64,000 nt of DNA from an uncultured Candidatus Rokubacteria bacterium (GCA_963754315.1 CAVWFS010000005.1:64001-128000), one strand, 5' to 3'; shown: positions 1-9,556, numbered from the stretch's first letter. Program-made: numbers and translations. Notes: generated from the letters alone by a model not told the origin.

Positions 1-1061
1 GACATCCAGCGACGTGGAGAGTCCCGTCTTCTCGCCGCGACGCAGAACAGACTCCGGGCGCAATGGGAGGGGGTGGAGCGGGCGCGGCGGGAGTATCCGG
101 CGATGCGGGTGCGGTAGCTTGGGTCACGCGTACGAGGTGGCGGCCGGGCATCCGCTCGCGGGGCGGGCGAAGGAGGTCGGCGGGCACGGCGACGTTTGTG
201 CAGGCGTTGGCGAATGCGTTGAACATCAGCTTGGTGGCCAGCTATGCGAACGCTGAATACTTCGAATGGTCACTCACCCGCAGTGTGCGCGCGACGGAAT
301 TTCGTCCACGCAAGGCGGTGACGATCAGCGAGTCGACGGCGGGTTGCCGGTCGTGGCCGAAGGCGGCCCGTACCTCGAGATCCTGACACCGAGTGAGGAG
401 GCCAAGACGTACACGATTAGCAAGCACGGCGCGCTCCAGGTCGTGACGTTCGAGCCATCCGCAACGACAACGTGGGCGTGGTGAGTCGCATGATGGAGGA
501 CGCTGGGGCGGGCGGCGCGCAAGGCCTATGCGGAGCTGATCTGGCGTCTGTGGGTCAGCGAACGCGAAGAGTAGTGACGGCACGGCGTGGTTTAGCGTCA
601 CGCATGCGAATACGGGCACCTTGGCCCTTGACGTCGCGGGCGTCGTCGCGGCCGTGAAGCAACTCTTCGAGCAACATCCACTCGGTTCTACTAGTCGAAT
701 CGGCGTGCCCTTCATGCCGGGGCGACTCTACCTCGTGTGTTCAAGCGCGTCGTGGGATGCCGCGTGTGAGGTGAATCAAACGGTGAGCGAGGCGACGTAT
801 CACCTCTTCGGGCCGCAAAACGAAAACGTAGTCGTCAACCCGCTCCTCGAGGGCACCGCGTGGGGCGTGCACCGTCGAAGCAGCGACGTGCCCTCGATCG
901 AGGCGGCGTTTCTGGACAACGAAGAGCCCGAGCTTACCCTCGCCGACGATCCGAAGGCGGGGCTGCTCTTCAGCGAGGACAAGGTGGTCTACAAGATCAA
1001 GCACACCTACGGCGCTGGCGTCGTCGACCACCGTGGGGCGACGAAGCAGGTGCCGGCGTGA
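1..1061 (+). CDS. Mu gpT-like phage major capsid protein, 5'-partial, several frameshifts
   Basis: Joining frames gives FVQALANAL..YAN, TEFRPRK, LPVVAEGGPY..PSEEAKTYTISKHG, IRNDNVG, DGTAWFSVTHANTG, IEAAFLDNEEPEL..LFSEDKVVYKIKHTYGAGVVDHRG, which matches the motif order of the Mu-like gpT family. Confidence 0.8.
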
Positions 1062-1106
1062 ACCATGGTTCTCGCGAATTTGTGAGAACCCGTAAGGGAG
1101 ATAACC

Positions 1107-1325
1107 ATGGACGTGAGCGAGAGCGACCGCAGGAACACGGAGCAGATCCGACGGGCGCAGTCGGAGCAGAGCGGATTACCCGCGTCGAAGGAAGCCATGA
1201 CCGAGCCACCGCCACCGCGTGAGAACCGTAACGCAATTGGCGAGGGGATCATGGGCTCGTATGTCCGTAATCAGGATCGACCCCACGTCGGCGACGACAT
1301 GGTGCCACCGATCCCGAGACCGTAA
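1107..1325 (+). CDS. Hypothetical protein (72 aa)
   Basis: ATG preceded by AAGGGAG; directly downstream of the capsid gene. Confidence 0.55.
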   Translation: MDVSESDRRNTEQIRRAQSEQSGLPASKEAMTEPPPPRENRNAIGEGIMGSYVRNQDRPHVGDDMVPPIPRP

Positions 1326-1538
1326 GCATGCTCGAGCACGTCAGGTGTCGGGAACGTGCACGAGACGCACACCTGCTCTTGCCCGACGGCGGGAAGATCC
1401 GGATGGATGTCCTCCTTCCGTCCTCCGCCCGTCCGCACCCGGGAGCGGGGGTTATCCGAGGAACGAAAGGAGGCGTGAAGGGCGACGAAGCCGATGCCGC
1501 GCGGCGGAAGTTGGTGCGCGCGGCCTCGGCTCCGACGG

Positions 1539-1946
1539 CTAGGGCCTCAGGAAACCAGCAATCATGCAGAAATACTCACTCCGACCCTCCGCATGCTCAG
1601 TCGTCGCGCAGGTGATTGGCGCCCCTTTCGGCATGATCACCCCGGGCTCGAAAGTCTGGCATCGGTCCGTATGGGCGATGCCGAATCCCCCGGCCAAGAG
1701 GAACATGCCGCCATTCACGGGACCAGCGCAGAACTGGGTCAGGACGAAATCTCCCGTGTGATCCGTCGTGTAGACGGTCTGGGCCTGGTTGGCGCCGACC
1801 CAGATCGACGCGCTCACCAGCTGTGCCCCCGGGGCCGTCCTGTTGATGTTGGGCTTCGAAAAATTGAGATTGGTTGCCGCCCAGGTCATCGACACCATGG
1901 ACAGCATCAGTCCAGCAGCGATCACGATCAGGAACAAACGTCGCAT
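1539..1946 (-). CDS. Hypothetical secreted protein, Cys-containing
   Basis: Signal peptide MRRLFLIVIAAGLMLSMVSMTWA; RBS AGGAGG. Confidence 0.7.
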   Translation of the reverse strand: MRRLFLIVIAAGLMLSMVSMTWAATNLNFSKPNINRTAPGAQLVSASIWVGANQAQTVYTTDHTGDFVLTQFCAGPVNGGMFLLAGGFGIAHTDRCQTFEPGVIMPKGAPITCATTEHAEGRSEYFCMIAGFLRP

Positions 1947-1973
1947 CTGTGCCTCCTATTGGCTTGGGTGAAC

Positions 1974-2348
1974 TCAGAAGACTTTTGGCCCGCTGAACGC
2001 GAACGGGGACTCATAGAGGGTCGCGGATCCCTCGACGGTGGCACCGAGAAGGCGCAGATTGAAACTGCCCGCCTCGAGCCCGTCGCCGTAGGACAGCGTC
2101 CCTTGGAGCCTCTGCTCAGCGTCGAGGGTCCCGAATCCGTAGAAGTACTCGCCGAAGAGCGGATCGAGGAAGGCGATGCCGACCGCGGCGCCGTCCTGGA
2201 GAACCACCAAATACAGGAGGTAGGGATCCGTGTCTTCGGCGGTCGCGGTCAAGGCGTAGACGCCATCGAGCGGACCGACCGCCTGGGCCACGCTGACGAC
2301 AGCGAGAAGGGCGAGCAGAACGAGGGCAGCGACTGAGCGCGGAGCCAT
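1974..2348 (-). CDS. Hypothetical secreted protein (acidic, beta-rich)
   Basis: Signal peptide ending AQA; RBS AGGAGGA. Confidence 0.7.
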   Translation of the reverse strand: MAPRSVAALVLLALLAVVSVAQAVGPLDGVYALTATAEDTDPYLLYLVVLQDGAAVGIAFLDPLFGEYFYGFGTLDAEQRLQGTLSYGDGLEAGSFNLRLLGATVEGSATLYESPFAFSGPKVF

Positions 2349-2450
2349 CCTGGTGTGTCCTCCTGCACGGGCTGGGGTATGAGAGGGCGGGGCCTGGAGG
2401 TTGCCTACTCATCCGCTGGAACGTGCGCAGCTAACCTGATAACCACCACG

Positions 2451-2467
2451 AGCGATTCTCGTGCCAA
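2451..2467 (-). promoter_or_regulatory. Putative sigma54 -24/-12 promoter for the two secreted-protein genes
   Basis: Minus strand TTGGCACGAGAATCGCT = GG-N10-GC. Confidence 0.5.
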
Positions 2468-2571
2468 CAGAGGCAAGATGGAGTTTTCGACTGCAAAAAC
2501 GACCTGAAGCGGGCCTCGACTACGGGGCCTAGGGGTAACCGCCATGACCCTAATTCGGACATACATGTCAT

Positions 2572-3018
2572 ATGAGGAACCCCGAGCGGCGTCTCACGGT
2601 GGAAGTGAGTAACCCCGGGCGGGGGTGGTACCATCCTCAACCAATGGCGGCCACTCCCGCTCCACCACGGTGCCCGGCTCCGAAACCGTTGGTGGGTCCC
2701 TGTGACCGCTATGTCTATCCAGGCGAGAAGTTCTGCCCTCTCCATACCAACGTTGATCAATCGAGAGTCTGTGGTGCCCCGGTCGGCTCCCGTGGAATGG
2801 CCAAACCGCCCTGCCGAAGCTGGCCGGTGGTGGGACGGCCAACCTGCTATCTCCACCTTGTGCCACCCTCCGACCACCCGATACGGAAGACGCTCACCGG
2901 CCGGGTCAGCGAGAGTGTGACGCACGTGGATACCATGCGGGCGGTGATCCGGCATGCGGACCAAGCCGCCCTGGCCTACTTGCTCAACCTGGTGGCGGGG
3001 AGGTTGCGCGGGCGCTGA
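2572..3018 (+). CDS. Hypothetical protein with two C-C-C-H zinc-binding-like repeats (alternative start 2644)
   Basis: C-x9-C-x10-C-x2-H and C-x13-C-x10-C-x2-H. Confidence 0.6.
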   Translation: MRNPERRLTVEVSNPGRGWYHPQPMAATPAPPRCPAPKPLVGPCDRYVYPGEKFCPLHTNVDQSRVCGAPVGSRGMAKPPCRSWPVVGRPTCYLHLVPPSDHPIRKTLTGRVSESVTHVDTMRAVIRHADQAALAYLLNLVAGRLRGR

Positions 3019-3020
3019 CA

Positions 3021-3051
3021 CTGAAACGCCCCGGGCCGATTCCCGGGGCGT
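3021..3051 (-). terminator. Intrinsic terminator-like hairpin between convergent genes
   Basis: ACGCCCCGGG (3026-3035) / CCCGGGGCGT (3042-3051), followed by a short T run on the minus strand. Confidence 0.7.
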
Positions 3052-3083
3052 CGCCTGGAAGGGATAGCCGGACTCGATCGGGG

Positions 3084-3574
3084 TTACTTCACGAACTGCT
3101 TCGCCCGAGCGATCTTCCGGAGAGCGGAGTCGACGGCGTCTTGCAACCGCTGGAGTAGATCGGGGAATAGCTCAAGCGCGTTAATTCGCTGTGCACGGGG
3201 GGCGCCCAAGAGCGACCAGGAGTCGCCAATCCGGATCAGTTCGGCACCCGTTCGCCGGTCAGGATCCTTGTATTGCCAAGTGGTGCGACGCACCATCAGT
3301 TGCCACGATCCACCCTCCTTTGCGAATCCGAGTTGCTCATCGTAGGTGCCACGCTCCACCATGGGCTGGTCGTCTTCGTCAAGACCGTGGTCGTCTTCCC
3401 ACAGTTCTTCGGAGAGCGGTTTGTGTTCTACCCACACCTCGAGCCCTGCATTGAGGCCGCGAAGCTGCCCCTCGAATCGACTAATGAGGTCGTTCAGGGA
3501 ATCAGACTCAGCATTGAGGGTTTCGGCGCTGGTGGCGAGCTTGGACAACAGGCGGAGAATTCGACTTCCGTCAT
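3084..3574 (-). CDS. Hypothetical protein; probable true start ATG 3574 with a 1-nt frameshift near 3555
   Basis: ORF 3084-3548; ATG 3574 has RBS GGAAGG and would read MTEVEFS(R)LLSKLA with one base restored. Confidence 0.7.
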
Positions 3575-3647
3575 GGCGTCAGCCTTCCCGGCCTTCCGGC
3601 CTTCCCCTTCCGGGGCGTGGTTCACAGCAGCCTTTCCAGGCCCCGCC

Positions 3648-3715
3648 AGCATAGGGCGTGACAGCGGAGCCTGTCAAGCTTGCAATTGTGTATCTCTGTC
3701 AGCTATAATTTAGCT
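3648..3715. promoter_or_regulatory. Back-to-back sigma70-type promoters with operator-like palindromes
   Basis: Minus: TTGACA(3677-3672)-N18-TATGCT(3653-3648); plus: TTGCAA(3680-3685)-N18-TATAAT(3704-3709); inverted repeats TGACAG-N6-CTGTCA (3659-3676) and AGCTA-N5-TAGCT (3701-3715). Confidence 0.7.
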
Positions 3716-3717
3716 CT

Positions 3718-3912
3718 ATGAAACTTGGACCATCACTCCGACGTTGGCGCCGTCGTCGTGGATTGACCCAAGTGCAAGTCGCACAGCGAGCCCGGATCTC
3801 GCAAGGCTTCCTCTCAGAACTCGAGACCGGAACCAAGACCGTGGTGACGTTGCCGGTGGCTGTACGTCTTGCGAAGGCGCTCGGAGTCGAACTCGGCGAG
3901 TTGGTGAGATAG
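3718..3912 (+). CDS. XRE/Cro-C1 family HTH regulator
   Basis: LRRWRRRRGLTQVQVAQRARISQGFLSELETG. Confidence 0.92.
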   Translation: MKLGPSLRRWRRRRGLTQVQVAQRARISQGFLSELETGTKTVVTLPVAVRLAKALGVELGELVR

Positions 3913-3916
3913 ACAA

Positions 3917-3943
3917 CGCCCCGGGTTGACCAGACCCGGGGCG
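3917..3943. terminator. GC-rich hairpin between XRE gene and integrase (attenuator/terminator-like)
   Basis: CGCCCCGGGT / ACCCGGGGCG perfect 10-bp stem, no T tract. Confidence 0.5.
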
Positions 3944-4011
3944 CACGAACACAGGAGACCTCAGACCAGGCCGATGCTAGCACGGACGGCCGGACAGGAG
4001 ACCCCACGGAC

Positions 4012-5151
4012 ATGGGCATGCTGTATCGACGATCCCGTTCTCCCTACTGGTGGATCAAGTACTACGTCAACGGTGCGCCGAAGTACGAGAGCACCGGCAC
4101 GAGCAAGGAGCGTGACGCCAAGGAACTCCTCAAGCGGCGGGAAGGCACGGCCTCCGAAGGCAAGCCCGTGGTGCCGCGCCTGGACAAGATCCGCTACGAG
4201 GAAGTGCGAGCGGACCTGCTCGCCCACTACGAGGCGAGCGGATCCCGGGATCTCACCGAGGCTGGCTACCGGCTTGCCCACCTTGACCCGATGTTCCGGG
4301 GCCGGCGCATTGCCACGCTGGGGCCAACAGATGCCACCCGCTACACCGTCGCGCGGCGCAACGAGGGTGCCGCCGACGGCACCATTCGCAAGGAGCTCTC
4401 GACCCTGACCACCATGCTCAACTTGGCCGCCGAGCAGGGCAAGCTCTGGCGGGTGCCCAAGCTCCGCAAGCCGCCCGAGGGCAAGCCCCGGCAAGGGTTC
4501 TTGGAGCCGGACCAGTTCACTGCGGTGGCGAGACACCTGCCTCCGGACCTCCGGGTGGCCGCCACCATCGGCTACGTGCTCGGGTGGCGCTGCCAGTCCG
4601 AAGTGATGACGCTCGAACGTCGCCACCTGGACCTCGAAGCGCAGGTGCTGCGACTCGATCCGGAGACGAAGACCGACGCAGGGCGCGTCGTGTTCCTCCC
4701 AGACGAACTCCAGGAGCTGCTCGCCGAGCAGGTGGCCAGAGTCGACACGCTCCAGAAGGCACTCGGCCGGATCATCCCGTGGTTGTTCCCGCACTCGACG
4801 AGCAGACGCTTCCATCAGCCCGGCGATCGGCGGTGCGACTACAAGCGGGCCTGGCAGACGGCGTGTCGCAAAGCGGGTGTGGCCGGCCGGCTCAAGCATG
4901 ATATGCGGCGCTCGGCCGTCAAGAACATGGTGACCCGCGACGGCATTCCCGAGCGGGTGGCCATGCAGATCACCGGGCACAAGACCCGTCGGGTGTTCGA
5001 CGCCTACCACATCGTGAGTCCTGGGGATTTGCAGGAGGCGGCCCGCAAGATGCGCCCGGTGTCACCCCGCACGGTGACACCAGCGGTGACACTGGAGCCT
5101 CTTTCGGGGAGTCGAAGCCAGAAGGCGTCACGGAAGTTTGCGAATTCATAG
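4012..5151 (+). CDS. int: Tyrosine recombinase / phage integrase
   Basis: Arm-binding N-terminus YWWIKYYVNG; catalytic R (GWRCQSE), K (ETKT), HxxR (HDMRR), H (TGHK), Y (FDAY) all present. Confidence 0.95.
   Translation: MGMLYRRSRSPYWWIKYYVNGAPKYESTGTSKERDAKELLKRREGTASEGKPVVPRLDKIRYEEVRADLLAHYEASGSRDLTEAGYRLAHLDPMFRGRRIATLGPTDATRYTVARRNEGAADGTIRKELSTLTTMLNLAAEQGKLWRVPKLRKPPEGKPRQGFLEPDQFTAVARHLPPDLRVAATIGYVLGWRCQSEVMTLERRHLDLEAQVLRLDPETKTDAGRVVFLPDELQELLAEQVARVDTLQKALGRIIPWLFPHSTSRRFHQPGDRRCDYKRAWQTACRKAGVAGRLKHDMRRSAVKNMVTRDGIPERVAMQITGHKTRRVFDAYHIVSPGDLQEAARKMRPVSPRTVTPAVTLEPLSGSRSQKASRKFANS
5059..5092. repeat. Putative integrase arm-type sites
   Basis: GGTGACAC at 5073-5080 and 5085-5092, inverted copy GTGTCACC at 5059-5066. 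Confidence 0.45.
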
Positions 5152-5309
5152 GGGAACGATCCCGGACCCAACCTGGTGACCCCTGCCATGGACAGGCGTC
5201 AAGATGTCACGGGCAGCCGCGATGGTGGCCGCCGGCGCCTGTTCTTACACGCCCTCGGCCATGAGGAGGTTCGTTCGGCTCGCCTTCACACCTCGCCGGC
5301 CGCCACCGC

Positions 5310-6505
5310 TCAGACCACGTGGTCGCGCCGGAGCGCCGCCAGGTCGGACCCGGAGTATCCCAGCGCGGCCAACACGTCGGCGGTGTGCTGGCCGAGCTTC
5401 GGCGCGACGGCCCGGACCGCGACCTCACCCGCGGACATCCTGATCGGCGTCCGGATATGCGCCACGCGGCCCAGCTCCGGATCGTCGGCCTGGACAACCA
5501 GCTCGCGGTGCACGACCTGGGGGTCGGCGAAGAGCTGGGCATAGGTGTACACGGGCCCGCACGGCACTCCGGCGTCGTCGAGCACCTTCACCCAGTGCTC
5601 GGAGCGCTCGGTAACGAGGAGAGCCTCCATCTCGCGCTCGAGCGCGGAGCGGTTCCGCATCCGGTCCCGCCCGGTGCGAAAGCGCGGGTCCTCGAGCCAC
5701 GCGGGCCGGCCCAGCGCGCGGGCGCAGCGCTCCCAGATGTGCTGGCCGGCGGCGCCGATCATGATGAACCCGTCGCCGGTAGCGAAGCGCTGGTACGGCG
5801 CGTTCTGGCGGTGGCGTGAGCCCTGGCGGGTCGGTTCCTGGCGGTCGGCGAGCCAGCCCGCGCTCGTCCACGAGCTGAAACCGATCGCCGTCTCCAGCAG
5901 CGAACACTCCACGCGCTGGCCCTGGCCGGTGCGCTGGCGCTCGTAGAGCGCGGCGAGGATGCCCTGCACCCCCCACATGCCGGTGCCGAGGTCGCAGATC
6001 GGCAGCCCGACAGACATCGGCGGCCCATCCGGCTCGCCGTTGACGGTCATGATGCCACCCATGCCCTGCGCGATCAGGTCGAAGCCCCCCTTGTCACGGT
6101 AGGGGCCATCGTAGCCGTAGCCGGAGAGCTGCGCGTAGATCAGGCGCGGGTTCTGGGCGCGGAGCACCTCGTAGCCCGGCCGGCGCGCTCCATGACCGTG
6201 GGTCGATAATTCTCCACGAGGACGTCGGCGCGCTCGATCAGGGCAAGGAACACCTCGCGGCCGCGCGCGGCCTTGTAGTCGAGGGTGACGCTCTTCTTGT
6301 TGCGGTTGATGTAGCGGAAGTATGGGTTGCGCTCGCTGCCGTCGCCCATGGCGCGGGAGGAGTCGCCCTTGCCCGGCCGCTCGACCTTGATCACCTCTGC
6401 GCCCATGTCGGCGAGGATCATCGTGCAGAACGGGCCGGCCATGTGCTCGGTGAGGTCGACGATGCGCAGGCCGGTCAGCGGTCCGGGCCGAGCATCGGCA
6501 CTCAT
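5310..6505 (-). CDS. Family III CoA transferase (CaiB/BaiF), frameshift near 6175
   Basis: PLTGLRIVDLT..AGPFCTMILADMGAEVIKVE, NRNKKS, ENYRP, GFDLIAQG, APKLGQHT across two frames. Confidence 0.92.
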
Positions 6506-6585
6506 GACGGCCGCGATCATAGCATCCCCATTGCGGGGCCCGCCATGTCTCGCCGGATCGAGTTGTCCGAGCGCGTGCGCCCCGG

Positions 6586-6720
6586 CTATGCCCCGTCGTG
6601 CAGGTAACAGGCGACGTGGTGGTCCGTCGCCAGCCGGATGGAAATGGGCACCGCCTCGGCGCAGCGAGGCATCGCGTAGCGGCACCGCGTGCGGAAGCGG
6701 CAGCCGGAGGGTGTCAGGGC
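6586..6720 (-). pseudogene. C-terminal remnant of an oligo/dipeptide ABC ATPase (OppF/DppF-type Cys domain)
   Basis: Frame not in ORF track: ALTPSGCRFRTRCRYAMPRCAEAVP..DHHVACYLHDGA*; frame is closed by a stop just upstream. Confidence 0.75.
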
Positions 6721-6940
6721 CCGTGGTCTTCACGAGCAGTTGCCACTGGCCCTCGGCAAGGCGTCGACACTCGATGGTCGCGGCGTCCGGATCCGCGATC
6801 CAGTTCCCGCCCTTTATCATGCGCGGCGGCAGGATGAATGCGAGGTCTCCGGGGACGGCCGGGGCACGGTCGGGTGGCGAGGGGGAGCCAGCATTCAAGA
6901 GTGATATGGCTCGTCTCCGCACCCCGGTAATAATGGACCG

Positions 6941-7390
6941 GTGAACGCGAAGCTACGGGTGACGTCGGACGTCCAGGAACTTGCGGTCCGGATCGGACAA
7001 GCGCTTCCCGAAGCCGCGTGCGGCGGCCTTGTCTCCGTGTATCTGTTCGGGAGCCATACGGAGGGGCGTGCCCATCGCGAGAGTGATGTCGACGTGGCCA
7101 TTCTCTTGCGCTACGATGCCTACCCGAGCGCGCGGGAGCGCTTCGAGAAGCGCCTGCGGTTGTCAGGGATCCTGCAGGCGGCGCTGCAGACGCAAGCGAT
7201 CGACGTCGTGGTGCTCAACGACGCGCCCCCTCACTTCGGCCGGCGGATCGTGACCACCGGCCTTCGACTTTGCTGCACGGATCTCGAGGCTGACCACGCC
7301 TTCGTGCGAGATGTTCAGCTCCGCGCGGCAGACCTCGAGCCGTTCCTGCGCCGGATGCGACGGCTCGAGCTCGACGCTCTCGAGCGGTGA
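6941..7390 (+). CDS. mntA: Minimal nucleotidyltransferase antitoxin (MNT)
   Basis: YLFGSHTEG..ESDVDVA (GSx10DxD); overlaps the HEPN gene start. Confidence 0.88.
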   Translation: MNAKLRVTSDVQELAVRIGQALPEAACGGLVSVYLFGSHTEGRAHRESDVDVAILLRYDAYPSARERFEKRLRLSGILQAALQTQAIDVVVLNDAPPHFGRRIVTTGLRLCCTDLEADHAFVRDVQLRAADLEPFLRRMRRLELDALER

Positions 7391-7832
7391 CGTACCTGGC
7401 CGAGCGGCTGGTCAGCTCCGGCGCCACCTTGATCATCTCCGCGAGCTCGACCCGCGTGGGGAATCGGGACGCCCTCGATCGGACTGTCCCTTCACAACGA
7501 CGTGCTGTTCTCGCTGTTCACGGTGTGCCAGCTCGTGATCGACATCGCGGGCGAGCTGTCCGCCCGCCGGGGGGAACGGTTCGAGGACTATACGGAGGCG
7601 GTGAGGAACCTCGCGCGCGACCCTCGCTTCCCCGCCCGAGCTGGTCGGACAGCTCGGGCGGCTGCCGGGGTTCCGGAACGTGATCGTCCACGAGTACGTC
7701 GGCCTGGACCTGGAGCGCGTCGTGGCCGCCCTCAACGACCTCGAACCGGTCGAGCGTTTCGCGGCGATCGTCAGCGATAGTCACCCGAATCATCAGAAAG
7801 ATCCCGGTCGAAGTCTCGCTCGACATCCCTGA
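7387..7832 (+). CDS. hepT: HEPN/DUF86 RNase toxin, frameshifted
   Basis: GFRNVIVHEY (Rx4HxY); QLVIDIAGEL; split over frames. Confidence 0.85.
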
Positions 7833-7945
7833 CGGAAGGCACCCTCTCTTGACACGGTCTCCGGCGAGCGCGATTCTGGCGCGCGGCGAGGGGCCGCCGG
7901 GCCCGGACCTCCCACACCCCATCCCAGCCCGGAGGAGGGGTCCTC

Positions 7946-9541
7946 ATGGCGATGCGCGATTCAAGATCGCCGGGGCGGATCGGTGTCCTGCTGCTCGTGT
8001 CTTGGCGGTCGGGACCGCTCCCGCGTCACCGCGCCTCGAGACCGCGACCCCGATCAAGTACCTGGTGGTCATCTTCCAGGAGAATCACTCGTTCGATGCG
8101 TACTTCGCCACCTACCCCGTGGCCGTCAACCCGCCCGGGCAACCTGCCTTTCACGCGCGCCCGGGCACCCCGTCGGTGAACGGGCTCACCCCGACCCTGC
8201 TCGAGCGGAATCCGAACTCATCGAATCCGTTCCGCATCGATCGGACTGCAGGCGTTCACCTGCGACCAGGACCACGAGTACACGGCCGAGCAGCGCGCGC
8301 GCAACGGCGGCCTCATGGACCAGTTCCCCGCTTCGACGCTCAGGGCCCGACCAACCCCCGTCAGTTCTGTCACACGGGGAGCGACGGACGGTGGGACACG
8401 GTGATGGGGTACTTCGACGGCAACACCGTCACCGCGCTCTGGAACTACGCCCAGCACTTCGCCCTCTCCGACAACAGCTTCGCCACCATGTCGGGCCAGT
8501 CCACGCGCGGCGCGCTGAACCTGACCGCCGGCGACACCTACGGGGTCCTGTGCGGGCCGCCGGACGCCGTCTTCGGGGACGTCCCCGAGTGCGGCCCCCC
8601 GGTGTCGTCCACGAGCACGCCCGCGCCGACCAACGGGCAGCTCGGGACCTTCGTCGACGACACCGATCCCTACTGGGACGTCTGCTCGGAGGGCAGCACG
8701 GCCGCGCATGACCGGCCGGAACATCGGTGATCTGCTCACCGCGGCGGGGGTGACCTGGGGCTGGTTCCAGGGAGGATTCACGCGCACACGCGATGGCGGC
8801 TGCTCGAGCAGCCATCCGCTCGAGGCCTTCGACCGCGCGGTCGGGGTCGATCCCGCCACCGACCCCCTGCGGATTCCCGACTACGTGCCGCATCACAATC
8901 CCTTCCAGTACTTTGCCTCCACCGCGAACCCGCTCCATCTGCCGCCGACGTCGGTGGCCATGGTCGGCAAGACCGATCAGGCGAACCACCTCTACGATCT
9001 CAGCTGGTTCTGGAGGGCCGCGCGCGCCGGCCATCTGCCGGCGGTCTCGTTCCTCAAGGCGCCGGCCTACCAGAACGGACACCCGGGCAACTCCGATCCC
9101 CTCGACGAGCAGGTCTTCCTGGTCACCGTCCTGAACTTGGCTCCAGCAGCTCCCCGAGTGGCGCCACATGGCGGTGATCATCGCCTGGGACGACTCGGAC
9201 GGCTGGTACGACCACGTGATGCCGCCCATCGTCAACCAGTCGAACACGCCGCTCGACTTCCTGTGCGGGAGCCGGACTGATGGGCCAGGGGCCCGCTGCG
9301 GCTACGGGCCGCGGCTGCCGCTCCTGGTGATCTCGCCCTACGCCAAGGAGAACTACGTGAGCCACGCGCTCACCGACCAGACGTCGATCCTGCGCTTCAT
9401 CGAGGACAACTGGCTCGGTGGGAAGCGCATCAGTCCGATCTCGTTCGACAACATCGCCGGCTCGCTGGACGACATGTTCGACTTCAGCCCGGCGCCAACA
9501 TGCGCCGGCTCCGGCTCGATCCCGCGACGGGCCTGCCCTAG
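7946..9541 (+). CDS. Secreted phosphoesterase (phospholipase C / acid phosphatase family), multiple frameshifts
   Basis: PIKYLVVIFQENHSFD, WNYAQHFALSDN, LPAVSFLKAP, WDDSDGWYDHV, GPRLPLLVISPY. Confidence 0.9.
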
Positions 9542-9556
9542 AGCCGCCGGGCAGAG

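Larger units (their letters stand above)
1..5170. mobile_element. Right end of an integrated prophage/satellite-like element (capsid-like gene to tyrosine integrase); left end outside window, att core not located
   Basis: Mu gpT-like capsid gene, XRE HTH gene and tyrosine integrase within 5.2 kb; host-type CoA transferase follows at 5310. Confidence 0.8.

Noticed and set aside
1328..1615. Com-like zinc-ribbon gene after the capsid
   Set aside because: The second Cys pair appears only by invoking frameshifts; unsupported.
5004..5189. Minus ORF MAGVTRLGPGSFPYEF as an interrupted host gene
   Set aside because: No RBS, and too short to assign by eye.
5150..5200. tRNA or SRP RNA at the integrase 3' end
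   Set aside because: No T-loop/CCA. Minus-strand CCAGGTTGGGTCCGGGA only loosely resembles the SRP core and lacks GGAAGCAGC.
6140..6922. 260-aa ORF as a single gene
   Set aside because: It is a composite of an unknown short segment, an off-frame ABC ATPase remnant and the CoA transferase N-terminus.
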